A DNA stretch of 64,000 bases from Eledone cirrhosa (lineage: Eukaryota). The stretch spans positions 250,852,001-250,916,000 of the forward strand of contig OZ024741.1 of NCBI GenBank assembly GCA_964016885.1, given 5' to 3'. This document shows, piece by piece, positions 10,986 to 24,500 of this stretch. The position numbers were made by a program, and so were the translations under genes. The notes under the pieces are model-generated. The model saw only the letters and a list, made by a program, of their open reading frames with translations. It was not told the DNA's origin and searched no databases. How positions within the stretch are numbered: the first letter of the stretch is position 1; each line of letters opens with the position of its first letter.

Positions 10986-13900
10986 AAGCACCAAACACCA
11001 AGCATCAATCACCAAGCACCAAACACCAAGCAGCAAGCACCAAGCACCAAATACCAAGCACCAAGAACCAAACACCAAACACCAAGCACCAAGCACCAAA
11101 CACCTAACACCAAGCACCAAGCACCAAGCACCAAGCACCAAACACCAAGCACCAAGCACCAAACACCAAGCACCAAACACCAAGAAACAAGCACCAAACA
11201 CCAAGCACCAAGCACCAAGTACAAACACCAAGCACCAAGCACCAAACACCAAACACCAAGCACAAAACACCAGACACCAAGCACCAAACACCAGACACCA
11301 AGCACCAAGTAACAAGTACAAACACCAAGCACCAAGCACCAAACACCAAGCACCAAGCATCAAGCACCAAGCATCAAACACCAAACACCAAGCACCAGGC
11401 ACCAAGCACCAAAATCCAAGCACCAAGAACCAAACACCAAACACCAAGCACCAAACACCAAACACCAAGCACCAAGCACCAAGCACCAAACACCAAACAG
11501 CAAACCGCAAACACCAAACAGCAAACACCAAACACGAAACAGCAAACACCATACAGAAAACACCAAACACCAAAAAGCAGACACCAAACAGCAAACAGCA
11601 AACACCAAACACCAAACACCAAACACCAAACACCAAACACCAAACACCAAGCACCAAACACCAAACACCAAGCACCAAACACCAAGCACCAAGCACCAAG
11701 CGACAAACACCAAGCACCAAGCACCATGCACCAAGCACCAAGCACCAAGCACCAAGCACCAAACACCAAGCCCCAAGCACCAAGCACCAAACACCAAACA
11801 CCAAACACTAAGCACCAAGCACCAAACACCAAGCACCAAACAGCAAGCACCAAACACCAAACAGCAAACACCAAACAGCAAACACCAAACAACAAACACC
11901 AAACAGCAAACACCAAGCACCAAACAGCAAACAGCAAACACCAAACACCAAGCACCAAAAACCAAGCACCAAACACCAAGCACCAAGCAACAAGTACAAA
12001 CACCAAGCACCAAGCACCAAACACCAAGCACCAAGCACCAACCATCAGGCACCAAGCATCAAACACCAAACACCAAGCACCAAGCACCAAACACCAAACA
12101 CCAAGCATCAAACACCAAACACAAAACACCAAGCACCAAGCACCAATCACCAAGCACGCAGCACCAAACACCAAGCCCCAAGCACCAAACACCAAACACC
12201 AAGCACCAAGCACCAATCACCAAGCCCCAAATACCAAACACCAAGCACCAAGCACCAAACACCAAGCACCAAATACCAAACACCAAGCACCAAGCACCAA
12301 ACACCAAGCACCAAAGACTAAAGACCAAACAGGAAACAGCAAACACCAAACACCAAACACCAAACAGCAAACAATAAACACGAAACAGCAAACACCATAC
12401 AGCAAACACCAAACACCAAAAAGCAAACAGCAAACAGCAAACACCAAACACCAAACACCAAACAGCAAAAACCAAACACCAAGCACCAAACACCAAGCAC
12501 CAAGCACCAAACACCAAGCACCAAGCACCAAACACCAAGCCCCAAGCAGCAAGCACCAAACACTAATCACCAAGCACCAAGCACCAAACACCAAGCACCA
12601 AGCACCAAACACCAAACACCAAGCACCAAAGACCAAGCACCAAGCACCAAGCACCAAACACCAAGCACCAAGCACCAAGCACCAAACACCAAACACCAAG
12701 CACCAAGCACCAAACACCAATCACCCAGCACCAAGCACCAAGCACCAAACACCAAGCACCAAACACCAAACACCAAGCACCAAGCACCAAACACCAAGCA
12801 CCAAGCACCAAGCACCAAACACCAAGCCCCAAGTGCCAAGCACCAAACACCAAGCACCAAACACCAAGCACCAAGCACCACACACCTAGCACCAAACACC
12901 AAGCACCAAGCACCATACACCAAGCACCAATCACCAGGCACCAAACACCAAACACCAAGCACCAAGCACCAAACACCAAGCACCAAGCACCAAACACCTA
13001 ACAGCAAACACCAATCACCAAGCATCAAGCACCAAACACCATGCACCAGGCACCAAGCACCAAACACCAAGCACCAAGCACCAAACACCAAGCACCAAGC
13101 ATGAAGCACCAAACACCAAACACCAAGCACCAAACACCTAACACCAAGCACCAAGCACCAAGCACCAAACACCAAGCACCAAACACCAAGCACCCAGCAC
13201 CAAGCACCAGACACCAAGCAGCAAACACCAAACACCAAGCACCAAGCACCAAGCATCAAACACCAAACACCAAGCACCAAGCACCAAACACCAAACACCA
13301 AGCACCAAACACCAAGCACCAAACACCAAACACCAAACACCAAGCACCAAACAACAAGCACCAGGCACCAAGCACCAAACACCAAGCACCAAACACCAAA
13401 CACCAAGCACCAAGCACCAAACACCAAGCACCAAGCACCAAGCACCAAACACCAAACAGCAAACACCAAACACCAAACACCAAACAGCAAACACCAAGCA
13501 CCAATCACCAAACTACAAGCACCAGGCACCAAGCACCAAACACCAAACACCAAACACCAAGCACCAAGCACCAAGCACCAAACACCAAACACCATGCACC
13601 AAAGACCAAACACCAAACAGCAAACACCAAACACCAAACAGCAAACACCAAACATGAAACAGCAAACACCATAGAGCAAACACCAAACAGCAAACAGCAA
13701 ACACCAAAAACACCAAACAGCAAACAGCAAACACCAAGCACCAAACACCAAGTACCAAGCACCAAACCCCAAGCACCAAGCACCAAACACCAAACCCCAA
13801 GGACCAAGCACCAAACACTAATCACAATGCACCAAGCAACAAGCACCAAGCACCAAGCACTAAACACCAAACACCAAAGACCAAGCACCAAGCACCAAGC

Positions 13901-15300
13901 ACCAAACACCAAGCACCATGCACCAAGCACCAAACACCAAGCACCAAGCACCAAACACCAACCACCCAGCACCAAGCACCAAGCACCAAACACCAAGCAC
14001 CAAGCACCAAACACCAAACACCAAACACCAAGCACCAAGCACCAAACACCAAGCACCAAGCACCAAGTACCAAACACCAAGCCCCAAGCACCAAGCACCA
14101 AACACCAAAAACCAAGCAACAAACACCAAGCACCAAGCACCTAGCACCAAAAACCAAACACCAAGCACCAAGCACCAAACACCAAGCATCAATCACCAAG
14201 CACCAAACACCAAGCAGCAAGCACAAAGCACCAAATACCAAGCACCAAGAACCAAACACCAAACACCAAGCACCAAGGACCAAACACCTAGCACCAAGCA
14301 GCAAACACCAAACACCAAGCACCAAGCACCAAACACCAAGCACTGAGCTCCAAACACCAAGCACCAAACACCAAGAACCAAGCACCAAACACCAAGCACC
14401 AAGCACCAAGTACAAACACCAAGCACCAAGCACCAAACACCAATCACCAAGCTCCAAACACCAAGCACCAAACACCAAGAACCAAGCACCAAACACCAAG
14501 CACCAAACACCAAGTACAAAGACCAAGCACCAAGCACCAAACACCAAGCACCAAGCACCAAACACCAAGCACCAAGCACCAAACACCAAGCACCAAGCAC
14601 CAAACACCAAGCTCCAGACACCAAGCACCAAACACCAAACACGAAGCACCAAGCACCAAGCACCAAACACCAAACACCAAGCACCAAGCACCAAACACCA
14701 AGGACCAAGCACCAAGCACCAAGCACCAAGCACCAAGCACTAAACACCAAACACCAAAGACCAAGCACCAAGCACCAAGCACCAAACACCAAGCACCATG
14801 CACCTAGCACCAAACACCAAGCACCAAGCACCAAACACCAACCACCCAGCACCAAGCACCCAGCACCAAACACCAAGCACCAAGCACCAAACACCAAACA
14901 CCAAACACCAAGCACCAAGCACCAAACACCAAGCACCAAGCACCAAGTACCAAACACCAAGCACCAAGCACCAAACACCAAACACCAAGCACCAAACACC
15001 AAGCACCAAGCACCTAGCACCAAAAACCAAACACCAAGCACCAAGCACCAAACACCAAGCATCAATCACCAAGCACCAAACACCAAGCAGCAAGCACCAA
15101 GCACCAAATACCAAGCACCAAGGACCAAACACCAAACACCAAGCACCAAGCACCAAACACCTAACACCAAGCACCAAGCACCAAGCACCAAGCACCAAAC
15201 ACCAAGCACCAAGCACCAAACACCAAGCACCAAACACCAAGAAACAAGCACCAAACACCAAGCACCAAGCACCAAGTACAAACACCAAGCACCAAGCACC
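9540..15300. repeat. Duplicated ~1.7 kb block (~9540-11280 vs ~13560-15300, offset ~4.0 kb)
   Basis: Matching pseudo-ORFs at 9852/13860 and 9910/13918 (offset 4008) and 10741/14798 (offset 4057). CACCATG CACCAAA GACCAAA occurs at 9561/13590. Confidence 0.8.
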
Positions 15301-16129
15301 AAACACCAAGCACCAAGCACCAAACACCAAACACCAAGCACCAAACACCAAACACCAAGCTCCAGACACCAAGCACCAAACACCAAACACGAAGCACCAA
15401 GCACCAAGCACCAAACACCAAACACCAAGCACCAAGCACCAAACACCAAGCACCAAAGACCAAACACCAAACAGCAAACACCAAACAGAAAACAGCAAAC
15501 ACCAAACACGAAACAGCAAACACCATACAGCAAACACCAAACACCAAACACCAAACACCAAACAGCAAACACCGAACACCAAACACCAAACACCAAACAG
15601 CAATCAGCAAACACCAAACACCAAGCACCAAACACCAAGCACCAAGCACCAAACACCTAACACCAAGCACCAAGCACCAAGCACCAAACACCAAGCACCA
15701 AACACCAAACACCAAGCACCAAGCACCAAGCACCAAGTACCAAACACCAAGAACCAAGAACCAAACACCAAGCACCAAGCACCAAGTACAAACACCAAGC
15801 ACCAAGCACCAAACACCAAGGACCAAGCACCAAGCACCAAGCACCAAGCACCAAAAACCAAAAACCAAACACAAAACACCAAGCACCAAGCACCAAACAC
15901 CAAACTCCAAGCACCAAGCACCAAACACCAAACACCAAGCCCCAAGCACCAGGCACCAAACACCAAGCACCAAGCACCAAACACCAAGCACCAAGCACCA
16001 AACACCAAACACCAAACACCAAACAGCAAATAACATACAGCAAACACCAAACCCCAAAAAGCAGACACCAAACAGCAAACACCAAACACCAAACACCAAA
16101 CAGCAAACAGGAAACACCAAACACCAAGC

Positions 16130-19100
16130 ACCAAGCACCAAACACCAAACACCAAGCACCAAGCACCAAACACCAAGCACCAAGCACCAAACACCAAACC
16201 CCAAGCACCTAGCACCAAACACTAAGCACCAAGCACCAAGCCCCAAACACCAAACACCAAACACCAAACACCAAGCACCAAGCACCAAACACCAAGCACC
16301 CAGCACCAAACACCAAGCACCAAACACCAACCACCCAGAACCCAGCACCAAGCACCAAACACCAAGCACCAAGCACCAAACACCAAACACCAAGCACCAA
16401 GCACCAAACACCAAGCACCAAGCACCTAGTACCAAACACCAAACACCAAGCACCAAACACCAAGCACCAATCACCAAGCACCAAACACCAAGCAGCCAGC
16501 AGCAAGCACCAAACACCAAACACCAAGCACCAAGCACCAAAAACCAAAAACCAATCACCAAGCACCAAACACCTAACACCAAGCACCAAGCACCAAGTAC
16601 CAAGCACCAAACACCAAGCACCAAACACCAAACACCAAGCACCAAACACCAAGCACCAAACACCAAACACCAAGCACCAAGCACCAAACACCTAATACCA
16701 AGCACCAAACACCAAGCACCAAACACCAAGCACCAAGCACCAAGCACCAGGCAGCAAGCACCGAACACCAAGCACCAAACCCCAAGCACCAAACACCAAG
16801 CACCAAGCACCAAGCACCAAGCACCAAACACCAAGAACCAAGCACCAAGCACCAAGTACAAACACCAAGCACCAAGCACCAAACACCAAGCACCAAGCAC
16901 CAAACATCAAACACCAAGCATAAAACACCAATCACCAAACACCAAACACCAAGCACCAAGCACCAAGCATCAAACACCAAGCATATAACACCAAACACCA
17001 AACACCAAACACCAAGCACCAAGCACCAAACACCAAACACCAAGCACCAAGCACCAAGCACCAAACACCAAGCACCCAGCACCAAACACCAAGCACCAAG
17101 CACCAAACACCAAGCACCAAGCACCAAGCAACAAGCACCAAACACCAAACACCAAACACCAAACACCAAGCACCAAACACCAAACACCAAATACCAAGCA
17201 CCAGACACCAAGCACCAGACACCAAGCACCAAACACCAAGCACCAAGCACCAAGCACCAAACACCAAACACCAAGCACCAAGCACCAAACACCAAGCACC
17301 AAAGACCAAACACCAAACAGCAAACACCAAACACCAAACAGCAAACACCAAACACGAAACAGCAAACACCATACAGCAAACACCAAACACCAAAAAGCAG
17401 ACACCAAACAGCAAACACCAAACACCAAACACCAAACAGCAAACACCAAACACCAAGCACCAAACACCAAGTACCAAGCACCAAACACTAATCACCAAGC
17501 ACCAAACACAAAGCACCAAGCACCAAACACCAAACACCAAGCACCAAAGACCAAGCACCAAGCACCACCACCAAACACCACGCACCAAGCACCAAGCACC
17601 AAACACCAAGCACCAAGCACCAAATACCAACCACCCAGCACCAAGCACCAAGCACCAAACACCAAGCACCAAGCACCAAACACCAAACACCAAACACCAA
17701 GCACCAAGCACCAAACACCAAGCACCAAGCACCAAGCACCAAACACCAAGCCCCAGGCACCAAGCACCAAACAGCAAGCACCAAACACCAAGCATCAAAC
17801 ACCAAACACCAAACACCAAGCACCTAGCACCAAACACCAAACACCAAGCACCAAGCACCAAGCAGCAAACACCAAGCAACAAACAGAAAGCACCAAACAA
17901 CAAACACCAAGCACCAAGCACTAAACACCAAGGACCAAGCACCAAGGACCAAACACCAAACACCGAGCACCAAGCACCAAACACCTAACACCAAGCACCA
18001 AGTACCAAGCACCAAACACCAAACACCAAGAACCAAGCACAAAACACCAAGCACCAAGCACCAAATACAAACACCAAGCACCAAACACCAAGCACCAAGC
18101 ATAAAACACCAAGCATCAAACACCAAACACCAAACACCAAGCACCAAGCACCAAACACCAAGCACCAAACACCAAACACCAAGCTCCAGACACCAAGTAC
18201 CAAGCACCAAACACCAAACACCAAGAACCAAGCACAAAACACCAAGCACCCAGCACCAAACACCATGCACCAAGTACCAAGCAACAAACACCAAGCACCA
18301 AGCACCAAACACCAAACACCAAGCACCAAACACCAAACACCAAGCACCAAGCACCAAACACCAAACACCAAGCACCAAGCACCAAACAACAAGCACCAAG
18401 CTCCAAACACCAAGCACCAAACACCAAGAACCAAGCACCAAACACCAAGCACCAAGCACCAAGTACAAACACCAAGCACCAAGCACCAAACACCAAGCAC
18501 CAAGCTCCAAACACCAAGCACCAGACACCAAGAACCAAGCACCAAACACCAAGCACCAAGCACCAAGTACAAACACCAAGCACCAAGCACCAAACACCAA
18601 GCACCAAGCACCAAACACCAAACACCAAGCACCAAACACCAAACACCAAGCTCCAGACACCAAGCACCAAACACCAAACACGAAGCACCAAGCACCAAGC
18701 ACCAAACACCAAACACCAAGCACCAAGCACCAAACACCAAGGACCAAGCACCAAGCACCAAGCACCAAGCACCAAGCACTAAACACCAAACACCAAAGAC
18801 CAAGCACCAAGCACCAAGCACCAAACACCAAGCACCATGCACCTAGCACGAAACACCAAGCACCAAGCACCAAACACCAACCACCCAGCACCAAGCACCA
18901 AACACCAAGCACCAAGCACCAAACACCAAACACCAAACACCAAGCACCAAGCACCAAACACCAAACACCAAGCACCAAGCACCAAACACCAAGCACCAAG
19001 CACCAAACACCAAACCCCAAGCACCTAGCACCAAACACTAAGCACCAAGCACCAAGCCCCAAACACCAAACACCAAACACCAAAGACCAAGCACCAAGCA

Positions 19101-21520
19101 CCAAACACCAAGCACCCAGCACCAAACACCAAGCACCAAACACCAACCACCCAGAACCCAGCACCAAGCACCAAACACCAAGCACCAAGCACCAAACACC
19201 AAACACCAAGCACCAAGCACCAAACACCAAGCACCAAGCACCTAGTACCAAACACCAAACACCAAGCACCAAACACCAAGCACCAATCACCAAGCACCAA
19301 ACACCAAGCAGCCAGCAGCAAGCACCAAACACCAAACACCAAGCACCAAGCACCAAAAACCAAACACCAAGCACCAAGCACCAAACACCTAACACCAAGC
19401 ACCAAGCACCAAGTACCAAGCACCAAACACCAAGCACCAAACACCAAACACCAAGCACCAAACACCAAGCACCAAACACCAAACACCAAGCACCAAGCAC
19501 CAAACACCTAATACCAAGCACCAAACACCAAGCACCAAACACCAAGCACCAAGCACCAAGCACCAGGCAGCAAGCACCGAACACCAAGCACCAAACCCCA
19601 AGCACCAAACACCAAGCACCAAGCACCAAGCACCAAGCACCAAACACCAAGAACCAAGCACCAAGCACCAAGTACAAACACCAAGCACCAAGCACCAAAC
19701 ACCAAGCACCAAGCACCAAACATCAAACACCAAGCATAAAACACCAATCACCAAACACCAAACACCAAGCACCAAGCACCAAGCATCAAACACCAAGCAT
19801 ATAACACCAAACACCAAACACCAAGCACCAAGCACCAAACACCAAACACCGAGCACCAAGCACCAAGCACCAAACACCAAGCACCAAACACCAAGCACCA
19901 AGCACCAAACACCAAGCACCAAAGACCAAGCACCAAGCACCAAGCAACAAGCACCAAACACCAAACACCAAACAGCAAACACCAAACACCAAACAGCAAA
20001 CACCAAACACGAAACAGCAAACACCATACAGCAAACACCAAACACCAAAAAGCAGACACCAAACAGCAAACACCAAACACCAAACACCAAACAGCAAACA
20101 CCAAACACCAAGCACCAAACACCAAGTACCAAGCACCAAACACTAATCACCAAGCACCAAACACAAAGCACCAAGCACCAAACACCAAACACCAAGCACC
20201 AAAGACCAAGCACCAAGCACCAAGCACCAAACACCAAGCACCAAGCACCAAGCACCAAACACCAAGCACCAAGCACCAAATACCAACCACCCAGCACCAA
20301 GCACCAAGCACCAAACACCAAGCACCAAGCACCAAACACCAAACACCAAACACCAAGCACCAAGCACCAAACACCAAGCACCAAGCACCAAGTACCAAAC
20401 ACCAAGCCCCAGGCACCAAGCACCAAACACCAAGCACCAAACACCAAGCATCAAACACCAAACACCAAACACCAAGCACCTAGCACCAAACACCAAACAC
20501 CAAGCACCAAGCACCAAGCAGCAAACACCAAGCAGCAAACAGAAAGCACCAAACAACAAACACCAAGCACCAAGCACTAAACACCAAGGACCAAGCACCA
20601 AGGACCAAACACCAAACACCAAGCACCAAGCACCAAACACCTAACACCAAGCACCAAGTACCAAGCACCAAACACCAAACACCAAGAACCAAGCACAAAA
20701 CACCAAGCACCAAGCACCAAATACAAACACCAAGCACCAAACACCAAGCACCAAGCATAAAACACCAAGCATCAAACACGAAACACCAAACACCAAGCAC
20801 CAAGCACCAAACACCAAGCACCAAACACCAAACACCAAGCTCCAGACACCAAGTACCAAGCACCAAACACCAAACACCAAGAACCAAGCACAAAACACCA
20901 AGCACCCAGCACCAAACACCATGCACCAAGTACCAAGCAACAAACACCAAGCACCAAGCACCAAACACCAAACACCAAGCACCAAACACCAAACACCAAG
21001 CACCAAGCACCAAACACCAAACACCAAGCACCAAGCACCAAACACCAAGCACCAAGCTCCAAACACCAAGCACCAAACACCAAGAACCAAGCACCAAACA
21101 CCAAGCACCAAGCACCAAGTACAAACACCAAGCACCAAGCACCAAACACCAAGCACCAAGCTCCAAACACCAAGCACCAAACACCAAGAACCAAGCACCA
21201 AACACCAAGCACCAAGCACCAAGTACAAACACCAAGCACCAAGCACCAAACACCAAGCACCAATCACCAAACACCAAACACCAAGCACCAAACACCAAAC
21301 ACCAAGCTCCAGACACCAAGCACCAAACACCAAACACGAAGCACCAAGCACCAAGCACCAAACACCAAACACCAAGCACCAAGCACCAAACACCAAGGAC
21401 CAAGCACCAAGCACCAAGCACCAAGCACCAAGCACTAAACACCAAACACCAAAGACCAAGCACCAAGCACCAAGCACCAAACACCAAGCACCATGCACCT
21501 AGCACGAAACACCAAACACC
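16130..21520. repeat. Tandem ~2.7-2.8 kb higher-order duplication (~16130-18860 vs ~18950-21520)
   Basis: CCACCCAGAACCCAG at 16331 and 19147 (offset 2816). Pseudo-ORF pairs 16209/19025 and 16692/19508 (2816), 17921/20577 and 18265/20921 (2656). Confidence 0.82.
17353..17415. repeat. Representative copy of a recurrent embedded module: CACGAAA CAGCAAA CACCATA CAGCAAA CACCAAA CACCAAA AAGCAGA CACCAAA CAGCAAA
   Basis: The AAAAAGCAGAC landmark or a close variant is seen about 40 times between ~9660 and ~61570, within 100-170 bp tracts lacking CACCAAG units. Confidence 0.85.
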
Positions 21521-24500
21521 AAGCACCAAGCACCAAACACCAAACACCAAACACCAAGCACCAAGCACCAAACACCAAGCACCAAGCACCAAGCACCAAA
21601 CACCAAACACCAAGCACCAAGCACCAAACACCAAGCACCAAAGACCAAACACCAAGCACCAAACACCAAACACCAAGCTCCAGACACCAAGTACCAAGCA
21701 CCAAACACCAAGCACCAAGCACCAAGCAGCAAACACCAAGCAGCAAACAGAAAGCACCAAACAACAAACACCAAGCACCAAGCACTAAACACCAAGCACC
21801 AAGCACCAAGGACCAAACACCAAACACCAAGCACCAAGCACCAAACACCTAACACCAAGCACCAAGTACCAAGCACCAAACACCAAACACCAAGAACCAA
21901 GCACAAAACACCAAGCACCAAGCACCAAATACAAACACCAAGCACCAAACACCAAGCACCAAGCATAAAACACCAAGCATCAAACACCAAACACCAAACA
22001 CCAAGCACCAAGCACCAAACACCAAGCACCAAACACCAAACACCAAGCTCCAGACACCAAGTACCAAGCACCAAACACCAAACACCAAGAACCAAGCACA
22101 AAACACCAAGCACCCAGCACCAAACACCATGCACCAAGTACCAAGCAACAAACACCAAGCACCAAGCACCAAACACCAAACACCAAGCACCAAACACCAA
22201 ACACCAAGCACCAAGCACCAAACACCAAACACCAAGCACCAAGCACCAAACACCAAGCACCAAGCTCCAAACACCAAGCACCAAACACCAAGAACCAAGC
22301 ACCAAACACCAAGCACCAAGCACCAAGTACAAACACCAAGCACCAAGCACCAAACACCAAGCACCAAGCTCCAAACACCAAGCACCAAACACCAAGAACC
22401 AAGCACCAAACACCAAGCACCAAGCACCAAGTACAAACACCAAGCACCAAGCACCAAACACCAAGCACCAAGCACCAAACACCAAACACCAAGCACCAAA
22501 CACCAAACACCAAGCTCCAGACACCAAGCACCAAACACCAAACACGAAGCACCAAGCACCAAGCACCAAACACCAAACACCAAGCACCAAGCACCAAACA
22601 CCAAGGACCAAGCACCAAGCACCAAGCACCAAGCACCAAGCACTAAACACCAAACACCAAAGACCAAGCACCAAGCGCCAAGCACCAAACACCAAGCACC
22701 ATGCACCTAGCACGAAACACCAAGCACCAAGCACCAAACACCAACCACCCAGCACCAAGCACCAAACACCAAGCACCAAGCACCAAACACCAAACACCAA
22801 ACACCAAGCACCAAGCACCAAACACCAAGCACCAAGCACCAAGCACCAAACACCAAACACCAAGCACCAAGCACCAAACACCAAGCACCAAAGACCAAAC
22901 ACCAAACAGCAAACACCAAACAGCAAACAGCAAACACCAAACACGAAACAGCAAACACCATACAACAAACACCAAACACCAAAAAGCAGACACCAAACAG
23001 CAAACAGCAAACAGCAAACACCAAACAGCAAACACCAAACACCAAGCACCAAACACCAATCACCAAGCACCAAACACTAATCACCAAGCACCAAACACAA
23101 AGCACCAAGCACCAAACACCAAACACCAAGCACCAAAGACAAGCACCAAGCACCAAGCACCAAACACCAAGCACCAAGCCCCAGGCACCAAACACCAAGC
23201 ACCAAGCACCAAATACCAACCACCCAGCACCAAGCACCAAGCACCAAACACCAAGCACCAAGCACCAAACACCAAACACCAAACACCAAGCACCAAGCAC
23301 CAAACACCAAGCACCAAGCACCAAGCACCAAACACCAAACACCAAGCACCAAACACCAAGCACCAAGCACCAAGCAACAAGCACCAAACACCAAACACCA
23401 AACACCAAACACCAAGCACCAAACACCAAACACCAAACACCAAGCACCAAACACCAAGCACCAAGCACCAAGCACCAAACACCAAACACCAAGCACCAAG
23501 CACCAAACACCAAGCACCAAAGACCAAACACCAAACAGCAAACACCAAACACCAAACAGCAAACACCAAACACGAAACAGCAAACACCATACAGCAAACA
23601 CCAAACACCAAAAAGCAGACACCAAACAGCAAACACCAAACACCAAACACCAAACAGCAAACACCAAACACCAAGCACCAAACACCAAGTACCAAGCACC
23701 AAACACTAATCACCAAGCACCAAACACAAAGCACCAAGCACCAAACACCAAACACCAAGCACCAAAGACCAAGCACCAAGCACCAAGCACCAAACACCAA
23801 GCACCAAGCACCAAGCACCAAACACCAAGCACCAAGCACCAAATACCAACCACCCAGCACCAAGCACCAAGCACCAAACACCAAGCACCAAGCACCAAAC
23901 ACCAAACACCAAACACCAAGCACCAAGCACCAAACACCAAGCACCAAGCACCAAGTACCAAACACCAAGCCCCAGGCACCAAGCACCAAACACCAAGCAC
24001 CAAACACCAAGCATCAAACACCAAACACCAAACACCAAGCACCTAGCACCAAACACCAAACACCAAGCACCAAGCACCAAGCAGCAAACACCAAGCAGCA
24101 AACAGAAAGCACCAAACAACAAACACCAAGCACCAAGCACTAAACACCAAGGACCAAGCACCAAGGACCAAACACCAAACACCAAGCACCAAGCACCAAA
24201 CACCTAACACCAAGCACCAAGTACCAAGCACCAAACACCAAACACCAAGAACCAAGCACAAAACACCAAGCACCAAGCACCAAATACAAACACCAAGCAC
24301 CAAACACCAAGCACCAAGCATAAAACACCAAGCATCAAACACCAAACACCAAACACCAAGCACCAAGCACCAAACACCAAGCACCAAACACCAAACACCA
24401 AGCTCCAGACACCAAGTACCAAGCACCAAACACCAAACACCAAGAACCAAGCACAAAACACCAAGCACCCAGCACCAAACACCATGCACCAAGTACCAAG

